A stretch of DNA of 64,000 nucleotides from Basidiobolus meristosporus CBS 931.73 (Eukaryota; Fungi; Basidiobolomycota): assembly GCA_002104905.1 (NCBI GenBank), contig MCFE01000367.1, forward strand, positions 22,687-86,686, read 5' to 3'. This document shows, piece after piece, positions 12,914 through 24,911 of this stretch; the first letter of the stretch is position 1; the number at the start of each line of letters is the position of its first letter. The notes under the pieces are model-generated. The model was not told the DNA's origin, did no database searches, and saw only the letters and a program-made list of their open reading frames with translations. The position numbers and the translations under genes were made by a program.

Positions 12914-14523
12914 ACACCAAATGGACGTCAAAACAGCCTTTCTAAATGGGGATTTGCAAGAAACTATATATATGGAGCAACCAGAAGGTTTTTTCAATCC
13001 AAATGACCCCCATATGGTGTGCAAACTTAGAAAATTGTTGTATGGGCTTAAGCAGGCACCTAGAGCATGGCATAACAAGATTGAAACATATCAAGAGGAA
13101 ATTGGGTTCTCTTATAGCACTGAAGATCACAGCTTCAGTGCAAACAGCTCAAAAAGGGTGTAATCATCCTAGTTCTTTATGTGGATGACCTAATCATAGC
13201 TACAAGTCTTAAACAGACAAAATCGGATCTCCTTAGCAAGTTTGAGATGAAAGATCTTGGAAATTTGAGCTATTTTCTTGGAATTGAGGTCAAATTTGAC
13301 ATACCTATGCAGAAAATTGTGCTGAATCAGTCCAAGTTCATCAGGGACATTTGTAGATGCTTCAAGATGAAAAAATTGCAAACCTGCAGCTACCCCTATG
13401 GACAATAACCTGAAATTAAGCAGATCTCAGCCAGTTATAGATGAAAATGGGTCAAATATGGACCAAAACTTTCCCTATGAATAAATGGTTGGTAGCCTAA
13501 TGTACTTGATGGTATCCACATGTCCAGATATTGCAGTGGCAGTTAGAATAGTCAGTCAACTCATGCAGAATTATGGATCAGATCAAATTGCAGCAGTTAA
13601 GTGGATTTTCAGATATCTACCAGGTTCCATAAATATGGTACTGGAATACTCTGGAGCAGCTAATAGGTGATAATTTAATGGTTTTAGTGATTCAGATTGT
13701 GGTAGGGATCTGATTGACAGACATTCTACCACAGGATATGTATTTCTTTATGCTGGTGCAGCTGTTACTTGGAATTGCAAGAAACAACCAGCTGTGGCCC
13801 TATCTACAACTGAAGCAAAATATATGGCTGCATGTCAAGCAACTAAGGAGGCTATACGGCTACAAAAATTATTCAAAGACTTGGGTTTTAATTCAGATGA
13901 ACCAACATATATTTATTAAGGATAATCAAAGTTGTATTTCATTAGCTAGAAATCCTACTAAGCATGCCAGAACTAAGCACATTGATATACAGCATCACTT
14001 TGTGAGGGAATCTGTAGAAAATAACTTAGTAGAGTTAGTGTACTGCCCAAATAACAAAATGGTGGCAGATATATTGATGAAACCACCAGCTACACCATAA
14101 TATGAGAATCACAGGGAGGAATTAGGTTTAAAAATTTATTTAGTTGAGGGGGAGTGTTGAAATATTGCACTATTTGGTATCATTCAGCAGCTAAAAGTCT
14201 ACTTAACAATTCTGGAGTAGTCAAGGCCACTGTGGGGCTAATTTACAGCTCTAATGTTGTCACTTTCTTCAGATCTATGATCTTATGATTATTCCCTTAT
14301 AGTCAGGGTCAAATTAGCACTATTACTAAACATTATGTACTAACCCTGAGACTATTACATGTTGCTCCTGAATATTGAGAAACCTTCCTTACTTAGTGTT
14401 ACAGCTGTATTACTTTCATAAAAGTATCAATACTAAGCTTCATTATTAATAAAAATCAGTTCAAATATCTTCAATATCTCTTGATAAGTTCCTTATGTCC
14501 AAATCACTTCTTAAATTGCAACA
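12914..14523 (+). mobile_element. Copia family A fragment (RT C-half, RNase H, 3' LTR 14155-14523)
   Basis: Starts at HQMDVKTAFLNGDLQE right after the gypsy LTR; parallel to 2490-4109; PPT then TGTTG...CAACA LTR. Confidence 0.93.
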
Positions 14524-14997
14524 GGATCATGGACAGAGTTTTGTCACACCAGTCATATTTGACCATTCATTGGTCACTATTATACCAACAGTATCTTGCC
14601 AGCTACTTAATACTTCTGTATGTTACAAGTCTTGGTATAAGAGTTGTAGAGGAATAGGGAGTTTAGCTAGTATTGTATTCACTAAAACTTGAACTGATTT
14701 TTATTGAGGTTCCAGCAGCTCCTATATACATTTTGCCAGATCAATTGCTGACTAATTGTATTTCCTAATGTAGGTTGTGGCTGATGACTCATTTGATTGC
14801 ATCATCATCACCCAATAAGATCCTACTTAATATATCTATTTCTGTCTGATAAGGATATGCTTACTCACTTGCTGACTAATGCTACTGATTTCACAGATAA
14901 TACTGATATACTGATAACCTAAACATGTACTAACTGATTTGACTAAAAACTGATCTAACTTGAACATTCAAGCGGCAGATCATAACATTCTCCCCTA

Positions 14998-17900
14998 CTA
15001 AAGTTGAGAGGGTTCTCCTGAATCTCCTTTCTTGTGATACCAATATCTTGATGGTTCAGTATTATCAGCAAGTCTTGCAAGCTTGAGTCTGTCCCTATGC
15101 ACTAAGTCATCCCAGATATTGCCTAGTTTGTCCACCAGTTGGTAAGTTGCAAATGGACATTCTCTGATGATCTTGAATGGTCCTGTCCATTGTGGCTCAA
15201 ACTTCTTCCAAGTGTTGTTTCTTAGCAATACAAAGTTCCCAACTGTCAATGCTTCTGGTGCTATAGTCTTATCAAATCTCTGCTTCATCTTTTCTGCGCT
15301 TTGAGATACTTTGGTCTGTGCCTCTTGACGTCTTTGTTCCAGTTGCTGGTGTCTACTTGGCTGACTGAGTTCATCTTCTAAGGTGTCTGTAAGTTTTGGT
15401 TGTGTGAGATCTCCTGGAATCCTTGGTTCACATCCATAAACTAAGTAAAATGGTGATTGCTGGGTGGTGTTGTGTACTCTGACTCTGCATGCAAAGAGTG
15501 CTTGGTCTATATACTCATCCCATCTACTGCCAACTCCATTTGCATACTTGGTCAGCATTTTTCCAAATAATCCATTAAGCCGCTCAGTGACTCCGTTAGT
15601 TCTGGGGTGATATGCCAAGGTTTTCAAGTGTCTGATCTGCTGCATTTCCAGGTAAGCCTCTAATGTCTTTGCCATTAAGTTTGCACCTCTATCAGATAAG
15701 ATCTCCACAGGGCATCCAAACTTCATCAGGATCTCATGGTAAATGAAACTTGCAACTTCTTGTTCACTGGCTATTGGTACAGCTTTAGCAACTGGCCATT
15801 TAGTGGCATGGTCAATAGCTACTAGGATCCAACGGTTGCATTTCCTGGTAGTTGGCAGTCTTCCAATAAAGTCAATTCCCCATCTCTCAAATGGTCTTAC
15901 AGGCTCCAAAGGGAAGAGTTTGGCAATTCTTTGTGGCTGGCCTTGATTGATTTGGCAGTTTGGGCATGTTTTCACTAGCTTCTCAATATCTTGTTTTATT
16001 CTGGGCCACCATGCTCTGGCTTTCACAAGGCTATAGGTTCCTTCAATCCCAAGATGTCCATATCCATTGTGTAGCTTATGCATTAAATCCAGGTGAGCAA
16101 CATAAGGACAATAGGCAATAGGGCTTCCATCAACAATTTGGTAGAGTGTTTCATTCTGCACAACAAATTTGCTGGCTTCATCACGGATTATCTTCTTGAT
16201 ATCTTCATCCACCTCATTAGGAATGGCTTGGTCCTCCAAGTACTTTGGTAAAAGGCTAGGCCAATCTGATTCATGCAACAAGTTGAGTTGTGCAACTTGA
16301 TCTAATCTTGATAAGGCATCAGCAACCGTGTTGTTTTTTCCAGGACAGTAGACAATCTCCAGGTCAAATTGCTGAATGTATTCACTCCATCTTGTCATTC
16401 TTCTAGAGAGTACCTTCTGAGTAAATATATACTTGAGGGAGGCATGATCAGTCTTCACAGTGCATTTGACTCCTTCAATATAGCATCTCCATGTCTTCAA
16501 ACAGTGTATTATAGCAAGCATCTCCTTCTCATGGACTGGATAGTTTTGTTCTGCTGAGTTCAGTTTCTTGGATTCAAAGGCAACAGGGTAGTCCTTTCCC
16601 TCATGTTCTTGGCTCAGCACTCCACCAATTGCATAATCTGAAGCATCTGTGCACAGAGTGAACTCTTTTCTGAAGTCTGGTATTCTTAGGCTTGGCAACT
16701 TAGCAAGTTCATTCTTTAGCGTCTGGAAGGCAGTCTCACAAGCTATGTCCCACTTGTAGGTATTGTCTTTCTTGAGGATATCAGTTAAAGGGGCTGCAAT
16801 ACTTGCAAATGACTTGACAAATCTCCGATAATAGGAAACCATTCCAAGGAAGGATCTGAGTTCTGATATGCTATGGGGCTGCTTCAAATTCTTGATAACT
16901 TCAACCTTCTTAGGGTCTAAGGTCACTCCTGTGCTAGTCACTATGTGTCCCAGGTATTCAACGTGTTCCTTGAAGAATTCACACTTGGCTAGCTTGCCAT
17001 ATAGCTTGTTCTCTCTTAGTTTCTTCAAGACCTTTTCAATGGGCACTACGTGATCCTCTTCTGTCTTGCTGTATATTAATATGTCATCCAGGTAGATTAT
17101 CACAAACTTGTCTAAGTACTCCTGAAAGACAGTCTGCATCAGCGTCATGAATGTTGCAGGGGCATTGGTGAGGCCAAAACTCATGACTAAGTACTTGTAA
17201 TGTCCATATCTGGTCCTGAATGCTGTCTTGGGGATGTCTTCTGGCTTCACCCTAATCTGGTTGTATCCTGACATGAGGTCAATCTTGCTGAAAATAGTGG
17301 CTCCATTAAGTTGGTCTAAAAGCTCATCAATCCAAGGTATGGGGTACTTATTCTTGATGGTAACTGAGTTCAGGGCTCTGTAGTCAATGCACATCCTAAG
17401 TGTTCCATCTTTCTTTTTCACAAAAAGCACTGGTGCTCCCCAAGGTGACTTGCTGGGCCTGATGTATCCTTGCTCCAATAGCTGATCAATTTGTCTCTTC
17501 ATTTCATCCAATACCAATGGACTCATTCTGTAAGGTGTCTTGCTCACTGGAGGGCTATCTCCTGTGTCAATGGCATGATCCACGTCTCTGACTGGTGATA
17601 GGCTTACAAGCTCATCTGGAAACACGTCTGAATATTTCTTCAAAAGAGTCTGGACCTGCTGGGGTGCTGGGGTAGAGGAATCCTCCTGTAATACCGCCAT
17701 GAGGAACATCTCGGTACCTTTTCTAAGTGCTCTACAGAACTGGGTCTTGCTAAGTTCACTTGTCTCACACACACTGGAATTGACCAAGTTGAAATCCAGC
17801 ATGGCAGGTAATAGCTCATAGGTCTTGTTGTGTTTTTGGATCTGAGTAGCATGGGTTCTCCAGTTGATTGATGGATTATGACAAAATAGCCAGGTTTTTC

Positions 17901-19131
17901 CAAGTACAAGGTCAAACTTGCAGTTCCCAAATATATAAGCCTGTAGGACTTTTACATAGTCATTGATCTTCATTCTTACTGGCTGGGTAATACGGTTGAT
18001 TATGTGGGAGTTCCCATCAGCTGTGGAAACTGAAGTTGATTTGGTAGGTTCTGAGTTGATTCCAGCTTTCAAAGCAAATTGCTCTGACATGTACTCATGC
18101 GATGCTCCTGAGTCAATCATGATCTTGGCAGGTACTCCATTGATTACTCCATTCAAGTACAATAACTTCCCTGAGTTTGAAGTCATTTGGGACAAGTACT
18201 CTTCTGTCATATGGAAGGTGAGTTCCAAGTCTTCTTCAAGCTCATCTTCCACATTACTGTGTTCATGGGACTCAATATGGTTGAAGGTTCTTGTTGGCTG
18301 GTGTCCATTTCTTCTCTGAGGGCAGTACTTTGCAATATGTCCCTGCTGGTGGCAATTGAAGCAAAGTCCTCTCTTCTTGCATTCTTCTGAGTAGGGATTC
18401 TTCTGCATAGCGTCTATTTCCATTGGTACTGCTTCTGATTGTCTTCTTTCATAATGATTATAGCCTTTCTGATTAGTCACTGTAGGCTTCCCAACTCCAA
18501 ACATAGCTGAGTCATAGTCAATGGCAATCTTGATGGCTTCTTCAATAGTCTGAGGTCTTTGGTAATTGACTTCCTTGCGAGTTCTTTCTTTCAACCCATC
18601 AATAAAGTACTCAACTTGATCCAAGGGGTCCATTCTTTCAATTTGTCCAAGTAGACATCTGTACTCATTGATGTATTCTTGCACCATTCCTTTCTGTCTG
18701 AGTGTCTTTAACTTCCTTCTTAGTAGTGTCTGCTGGTGTGGAGGTTCAAAAGCATCCTGAATTTCCAACACAAACTCATCCCAGGTAGAGATTGTAGAGC
18801 CTCCCATCATAGTAGCTGACCTGATCTTGTTGTGGTACCACTGTAAAGCTGCATCTGCCAGGTAAGAAGCTGCATAATGCAACTTGCTCTCTGGAGCAAT
18901 TCCTTTAGCTTTAAAAGCTTCTTCAATCTGAAAGAGCCAAGTTCCCAGGTTTTCATTGACTCTGCCATGGTACCGGTTGACCTTCACACTAAAGCTGCTC
19001 TTGACAGGGCTTTGCTGGCTCTGAGCCATGGTAGTCATTTCTTGTTGCTGTTGCCTGAGGATCTGGAGTAGCTGTTGCTGTTGGGCCAGGATTTGCTGCA
19101 TGGCATTCTTCCATTCTTGATTGTCCAACAT
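14998..19131 (-). CDS. Gag-Pol polyprotein, 1377 aa, uninterrupted
   Basis: Gag with zinc knuckle [14 protein letters not shown]; protease IDSGAS; RT ([18 protein letters not shown]); RNase H (TDASDY, TDHASL); integrase HHCC (HNGYGHLG...CPNC) and core ([19 protein letters not shown]). PR-RT-RH-INT order; no chromodomain. Confidence 0.97.
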   Translation of the reverse strand: MLDNQEWKNAMQQILAQQQQLLQILRQQQQEMTTMAQSQQSPVKSSFSVKVNRYHGRVNENLGTWLFQIEEAFKAKGIAPESKLHYAASYLADAALQWYHNKIRSATMMGGSTISTWDEFVLEIQDAFEPPHQQTLLRRKLKTLRQKGMVQEYINEYRCLLGQIERMDPLDQVEYFIDGLKERTRKEVNYQRPQTIEEAIKIAIDYDSAMFGVGKPTVTNQKGYNHYERRQSEAVPMEIDAMQKNPYSEECKKRGLCFNCHQQGHIAKYCPQRRNGHQPTRTFNHIESHEHSNVEDELEEDLELTFHMTEEYLSQMTSNSGKLLYLNGVINGVPAKIMIDSGASHEYMSEQFALKAGINSEPTKSTSVSTADGNSHIINRITQPVRMKINDYVKVLQAYIFGNCKFDLVLGKTWLFCHNPSINWRTHATQIQKHNKTYELLPAMLDFNLVNSSVCETSELSKTQFCRALRKGTEMFLMAVLQEDSSTPAPQQVQTLLKKYSDVFPDELVSLSPVRDVDHAIDTGDSPPVSKTPYRMSPLVLDEMKRQIDQLLEQGYIRPSKSPWGAPVLFVKKKDGTLRMCIDYRALNSVTIKNKYPIPWIDELLDQLNGATIFSKIDLMSGYNQIRVKPEDIPKTAFRTRYGHYKYLVMSFGLTNAPATFMTLMQTVFQEYLDKFVIIYLDDILIYSKTEEDHVVPIEKVLKKLRENKLYGKLAKCEFFKEHVEYLGHIVTSTGVTLDPKKVEVIKNLKQPHSISELRSFLGMVSYYRRFVKSFASIAAPLTDILKKDNTYKWDIACETAFQTLKNELAKLPSLRIPDFRKEFTLCTDASDYAIGGVLSQEHEGKDYPVAFESKKLNSAEQNYPVHEKEMLAIIHCLKTWRCYIEGVKCTVKTDHASLKYIFTQKVLSRRMTRWSEYIQQFDLEIVYCPGKNNTVADALSRLDQVAQLNLLHESDWPSLLPKYLEDQAIPNEVDEDIKKIIRDEASKFVVQNETLYQIVDGSPIAYCPYVAHLDLMHKLHNGYGHLGIEGTYSLVKARAWWPRIKQDIEKLVKTCPNCQINQGQPQRIAKLFPLEPVRPFERWGIDFIGRLPTTRKCNRWILVAIDHATKWPVAKAVPIASEQEVASFIYHEILMKFGCPVEILSDRGANLMAKTLEAYLEMQQIRHLKTLAYHPRTNGVTERLNGLFGKMLTKYANGVGSRWDEYIDQALFACRVRVHNTTQQSPFYLVYGCEPRIPGDLTQPKLTDTLEDELSQPSRHQQLEQRRQEAQTKVSQSAEKMKQRFDKTIAPEALTVGNFVLLRNNTWKKFEPQWTGPFKIIRECPFATYQLVDKLGNIWDDLVHRDRLKLARLADNTEPSRYWYHKKGDSGEPSQL

Positions 19132-19177
19132 CTTGAGGGTAGTTTCTTCTTTCTCCAGGAGGGAGGTTTCTGGTTAT

Positions 19178-19188
19178 CGCTGCTACTA
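19178..19188 (-). promoter_or_regulatory. Gypsy primer-binding site (tRNA-iMet 3' end type, one mismatch)
   Basis: Minus strand reads TAGTAGCAGCG one base after the 5' LTR; canonical iMet PBSs begin TGGTAGC. Confidence 0.55.
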
Positions 19189-20505
19189 ATGATACAAGTC
19201 TTGGTATAAGAGTTGTAGAGGAATAGGGAGTTTAGCTAGTATTGTATTCACTAAAACTTGAACTGATTTTTATTGAGGTTCCAGCAGCTCCTTATATACA
19301 TTTTGCCAGATCAATTGCTGACTAATTGTATTTCCTAATGCAGGTTGTGGCTGATGACTCATTTGATTGCATCATCATCACCCAATAAGATCCTACTTAA
19401 TATATCTATTTCTGTCTGATAAGGATCTGCTGATTCATTTGCTGACTAATGCTACTGATTTCATAGATAATACTGATATACTGATAACCTAAACATATAC
19501 TAATTGATTTGACTACAAACTGATCTAACTTAAACATTCAAGCGGCAGATCATAACATGTATTAGCACCTGGCTGTAATTTTCACCTTACGCATACTGAG
19601 TCAGTGATTTTGTGCCATCTTTATGCTCAACCCAGCCTTCAGAATACAGCATACCAAGTGATAACTCTGAAGCAAAGGCTTACTAGTGGATTTTGATTCC
19701 ATCTCCCCTAACAATAGTATATATGAGCTAAACACATCCCAATATGCTATGAGACAACACCTGTAGAAAAAATGCCAAGGATACTTTATGGGGCTAAGTG
19801 AACCCCGTAATTCATCAACTGGTGAATGATGTGATGTTGTGGCTACTAATGTTACAAGTCTTGGTATAAGAGTTGTAGAAGAATAGGGAGTTTAGCTAGT
19901 ATTGTATTTACTAAAACTTGAACTGATTTTTATTGAGGTTCCAGCAGCTACTTATATACATTTTGCCAGATCAATTGCTGACTAATTGTATTTCCTAATG
20001 TAGGTTGTGGCTGATGACTCATTTGATTGCATCATCATCACCCAATAAGATCTTACTTAATATATCTATTTCTGTCTGATAAGGATCTGCTGATTCATTT
20101 GCTGACTAATGCTACTGATTTCATAGATAATACTGGTATACTGATAACCTAAACATATACTAATTGATTTGACTACAAACTGATCTAACTTAAACATTCA
20201 AGCGGCAGATCATAACATGTATTAGCACCTGGCTGTAATTTTCACCTTACGCATACTGAGTCAGTGATTTTGTGCCATCTTTATGCTCAACCCAGCCTTC
20301 AGAATACAGCATACCAAGTGATAACTCTGAAGCAAAGGCTTACTAGTGGATTTTGATTCCATCTCCCCTAACAACAGTATATATGAGCTAAACACATCCC
20401 AATATGCTATGAGACAACACCTGTAGAAAAAATGCCAAGGATACTTTATGGGGCTAAGTGAACCCCGTAATTCATCAACTGGTGAATGATGTGATGTTGT
20501 GGCTA
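19186..20505. repeat. 660-bp tandem duplication (gypsy 5' LTR plus 288 bp of CACTA flank); creates a third LTR at 19850-20217
   Basis: Units 19186-19845 and 19846-20505 differ at about 8 positions; GCTA microhomology at 19182-19185, 19842-19845 and 20502-20505. Confidence 0.95.
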
Positions 20506-22972
20506 GAGGGGTATCTTGTCCCCACAAATTTCAGTAATAGGGCTTTGAGGATTTACCATTACTTCTTGCCAAATTACTGTGGATAAAGAAGCCAAGGATA
20601 CTTTATGGAGCCAAGTGAGCCTAGTAATCTATCTACTGGTGAATGTTATGATGTTGGCGCTAGAGAAGTGGCATTTTTCCCCTTATATTTGTGATGGGGA
20701 TTTTGAGGACTTACTGCTACTTCTTGCCTAAATCCTTCCTGGATGCTACTTATCATCTACATTGTTCAAATGGACAACCATCATACAGCTGGCAATGTAT
20801 GACCAGAGACTATCCTGATACCAACATGTGCTAACAGTTGCATGGCTTTCACATCAAAAAATCACACTTCTGCAAGGTGTCCAACCTGTCAAGAATCCAC
20901 CACTATTGGAGGAAAACATTGTTCATGCTACAGATGTATTGTTGTCATACCCCATATAAGGAAGCTTGTGGAGTCTAACAAGAGTTGTGAAGCTAGAAAT
21001 TACTGCACTCAGTATCATTCAAGCACAAACATTTACAATATATTTGATGGCAAACATTATAAACAACCAAGAAGCAAGGACAACTTTGAAGGTATGCATG
21101 AACACTCCTTTGCTTTGGCACTTGATGGATTCCCATTATACAAGTACTCTACCTACTCTACTAGTCCTGCTGTCCACTGGTTCCCATCAACCTCAATCTG
21201 CTACCTATCTTGCAGTACCAGAGCAGAAGTATCATAGTAGTCTCACTGGTTTTTGGGCCTAAATATCTATCCACCATGGACAGCCACCTGTATCAATTGC
21301 TGGATGAGTTTTGTATGCTTTCCAGCAGGATACTACTAAACTACTGTCATATCAAAACGCATATTCTGATTGCATTTAAGATACCCCAGCCATCAGCAAG
21401 ATAGCTGGCTTTTCTGGGCACTATGTACAATATGGCTGTCAAATGTGTAAGATCCAGGGGTTTACCTCATAACTCACACATTTTGTTATTCTCCAAGTAC
21501 TACCACTGAAAGCATCTTCTTCTCACAGAGCAAATGCAAAAAAATTCAGCATGCAATTGCAGCAAAGTTGACAAGCTTTAAGCCATTGGCTGGAGTATAA
21601 AAATAATTGGAAACTGAATGTACTTAAGATAGAGGGTATATGTTGGAACTAAAGCCTTCTACTGGGAGCAATGCATTTACTTTTAAACAATATCCCTATA
21701 CTAATGATCAGTTTTACATGGGGTATTTCAAGCCTAGCAAATCATTTGCAATACAGGAGAAATCTGAAAGAAATGGCAAGATATTACAAAGTATCCACTC
21801 CCCATAGTACATCTCATGGGCTCCATTCAGCATTCTTTTGCATATGAAATAATATAAATGCACAGACTGGAACACCTGGATATGTACTTATTTGAGTGAC
21901 CTTCTGAAGCCATTTCTACCATGAATACATCAAATGCATTTGGAGCCATATGTTGACATTGTGGAAATATTTATCCAAGAGCAGATTACCAATGCCAACA
22001 TGATGCATGTACAGCTTTTATGCAAGGAGTGTATGAAGGAATTACAGCGGCTATACCACAAGCATAAAGCTGCATATGTAGTTCCCTAATGCTACTGTAT
22101 CCATTCTCTACTCTAACTTGCTTGGTTTGTGAAATTATTGGGCCTTGCTTCACCTTTGGGGGCTTCCAATGGAGCAAATGTGTGGGGAGATAGGAAGACA
22201 AGTCAAGTTGCAGGTACCACCATATCCCAATCTCATCAAGAATATTACTAATATGTTCATTATGGATACAATAAGCTGGCACATGGAGGACAGCCCGGAA
22301 GTGTTGCAAGATACTAAGGACAGATGTGCACACAAGGCACTTATGCCTTTGGCATTAAGAAGCTAAGTGGCCCCAATGCATGCGCAATAAGTGAGCTATG
22401 CAAAGTTGGGTTGGGTGCAACAAGCAACTAATTCTTATCAGGGCAACTTTACCAAAGTATGCTGGGTTTCTCCTGGTCACATGCCAGCTTCTTCACAATT
22501 CAATACAGAATCTACACAAACAAGAGCTAGAGCTTGCCTATAAGGTGGAGAAGATTTCAGCAGGGAGAAGGAATATATTCAAAAAATACTAAGAGGTTCT
22601 TTGTAGATACTCAGCAGTTATTGAGGGCAAAACTTGTGGCACCAAGCATATGCTTGCTAGATGTATATGTTACCAGCAATGCAATGCACATAGCAACTTT
22701 GCAAGTATCACACTAAAAAGCCACAAAGTTCTGTTGGTAACTGTGTGTTAATCAACAAGTAATGCCAAATATCTGTATGAAGGCTTATAATAGACATTCA
22801 GTCTATACTGGTATCATTTGGCATGAACTTGAATGGATCCAACCTTATTTTCTCTGGTTTGGACTGTGCTAGTGAGCTGAGGTATGGGTTTTGTCTAGGG
22901 AGTACTAAAGATGAGTTGAGATTTGGTATAGGGTCCATGGTGACAGATTAGAATACATATACCATAGTATAT

Positions 22973-23267
22973 CCCTAAGAAAAAAATTGAGAAAAGGCCA
23001 GAAAAATACCATCAGAGTATCAGCTGAATTCCAGGTTTCTCGAAATTGACAACTCCCAATATCCCTGTTCTGAGCTGATGTGCAGGCAAGCAAACAAGCT
23101 CACCAGGAGGAGACTAGGCAAACCAGCATCCATATCAAGTTTGGTAATTAGCTGCCCATTATCTACATCAAATTGCATTAGAAATTTTGAATACAAACAC
23201 TAGCTGAATACCAGCAGAATACCAGCTAAAAATCAGGTGAATTCCAAGTTTGAGATTTTTCATAGGG
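22973..23267. mobile_element. Small MITE-like insertion with CCCTA..TAGGG ends
   Basis: Absent from the paralogue near 10190; inverted ends CCCTAAGAAAAA / TTTTTCATAGGG; both flanks AT (possible 2-bp TSD); internal GAATACCAGC repeats. Confidence 0.5.
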
Positions 23268-23353
23268 ATCTTGACATTAACCTTGGCATATATGATGTAT
23301 ATATGAGAACTAATATGATTGTTGAGTATTCTATATATTGTGTATGATGCATC

Positions 23354-23878
23354 TTGAATAGTATTGACCCAGATCCAATCACATCAGTTGCAGATTTTAT
23401 GCTTAGATATAGACTTGTGAGCAAACCATTAATAAATCACCAAGTCATTGTTTGCAGATGCTATTTGCAACAAAATGATGGGGTACATGGCAATGAGTGG
23501 TTATTTAATCATAATACATGGAAAATAAGATATATTAAACTAATTGCACTGCATTGGCTCAAATCACATCTCACTTTTGGCCACTTGCTGGAAAAAGGTA
23601 TGACAAAGCACCCTGGATATGGAATCATTCAAAATTCAGTAGGGGGTAGAAAAGATGGCTGGCATAACTAATAAAAGAGAGATTTGCCCAATATTACTAT
23701 GTATTACAGCTCAAATGAAGGCAAGGAATGGAATGCTTAGCATGCAGCAGAAGCTCTACAACAAGATATTTGATCATTTCAGAGTGAGAGTAGAGCATAC
23801 ATTTGGATATCTACAGTAATGCAGTATACAGGATGATAAATACAGAAGAAAGTCATATTCAGAAGAAAACAGCAGGTT
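23354..23878 (+). pseudogene. Degenerate PIF/Harbinger/IS5-like (DDE_Tnp_4-type) transposase remnant
   Basis: 23655-23819 reads MAGITNKREICPILLCITAQMKARNGMLSMQQKLYNKIFDHFRVRVEHTFGYLQ*, resembling the conserved YN..xR.xVEHxFG.L C-terminal helix of this family. Upstream parts are frameshifted or deleted. Confidence 0.55.
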
Positions 23879-24911
23879 AGACTTGTCCCATTGGATAGTG
23901 TAACATTGAGCCATGAGTGCCAAATGATGCCAAAGTGCGCCAGGAGGCCAAGTAAGCCTATACTTGGACACAGAGCGTGAAACATGGTGATACATTGTCA
24001 TATGCAGCAGCCCTTGTGTTTCACCCATTAAGTGTGAGAAATTCCACTTTTTGACCTTTTTTTGGAATGGATGCTGTGCACAATAAACAAGAGGGCAGAT
24101 GGACTGATGACATGCATCTAGCACTCAATATTCATTGCACTCTGAGTCTAGCTTCTGTAACCCGTAACATGTCACAAAAAAGCATGGCACTATCTTGGTC
24201 TACTAGCACTATGCAATACTATATCTAAATATCAGCCATAAAGTAAAACATACACAAAGCACTTATAGTGCAAGTGGACCTATACATGGCCACTGAGTAT
24301 GAGGCATAGATCTTCATCTGAATGCAAAGCAGCCTCTGTGTTACACTCATTGTGCTGGATAAAATACACTTTTTGCCCTTTTTTTGGGATCCATGTTGTG
24401 CATAATATGGAAGAGCACAGAAGGGCTGATAATATTCATCTGATATTCAATACCCAGGGCACTCTGAATCTAGCCCCTGCAGCTTGTAGAATGTCACAAA
24501 AATGCATGGCACTATTTTGAGCTATAAGTGCTTTGAGTAGGTTTTACTTTAGGGCTAATATTTAGATATAGAATCAGACAGTGCTAGTGGACCAAAATAG
24601 TGCCATGCATTTTGTGACATTTTACATGCTGCAGGAGCTAGATTCAGAGTGCTATTGGTATTGAGTCTCTGTTAAGTGTTATCAGTCCTTCTGTGCTCTT
24701 CCACATCATGCACAACACTGATCCCACAAAAAGGGCAAAAAATGTATTATCTCCAGCACAATAGGTGTAGCTCAAGGGCTGCTTTGCATTAAGATGAAGA
24801 GCTATGTTTCACACTCTGTGGCCATGATCAGGTCCACTTGGCCTCCCTGGCACACTTTGACACCATTGGGCACTCATGACTCTATGTGGTACTATCTCAT
24901 GCAACAAGTCT
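23879..24911. mobile_element. Composite foldback element of the AGACTTGTT family (arm, inverted spacer, partial arm, spacer, arm)
   Basis: AGACTTGTCC start and AACAAGTCT end; arms homologous to 37678-38403; spacer reversed at about 24215-24265 and forward at about 24520-24570. Confidence 0.85.

Larger units (their letters stand above)
14621..19557 (-). mobile_element. Full-length Ty3/gypsy LTR retrotransposon (4.94 kb)
   Basis: LTRs 14621-14987 and 19190-19557 (about 12 differences by eye); 4-bp TSD TGTA (14617-14620, 19558-19561); PPT AGGGGAGAA at 14988-14996; PBS-like TAGTAGCAGCG next to the 5' LTR; single long ORF. Confidence 0.97.
14524..22735 (+). mobile_element. Degenerate CACTA/EnSpm element interrupted by the full-length gypsy and a 660-bp duplication
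   Basis: Tnp2-like FALALDGF, GPKYLSTMDSHLYQLLDEF (20842-21404); DUF4218-like FTFGGFQWSKC / PMEQMCGEIG (22145-22366); 14524-14620 joins 19562 onward, as in the paralogue near 42650-42780. Confidence 0.85.
22735..23878. mobile_element. Second, more decayed fragment of the two-ORF AGACTTGTT-type element
   Basis: 22735-22940 aligns with 9955-10155 (ORF1 5' part) and 23290-23570 aligns with 10210-10500. Confidence 0.7.

Noticed and set aside
19186-20505. RIP-like (CpA to TpA) hypermutation of duplicated DNA
   Set aside because: Polarised against the 3' LTR, the roughly eight differences are three C-to-T/G-to-A (one at CpA), two in the opposite direction, two transversions and one unpolarised. 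That is no directional RIP signature.
23354-23671. Merlin/ISXO2-like transposase N-terminus (DG..G..W..SHL)
   Set aside because: Resemblance is weak, the downstream motif is Harbinger-like, and the 3-bp TSDs do not fit Merlin's 8-9 bp.
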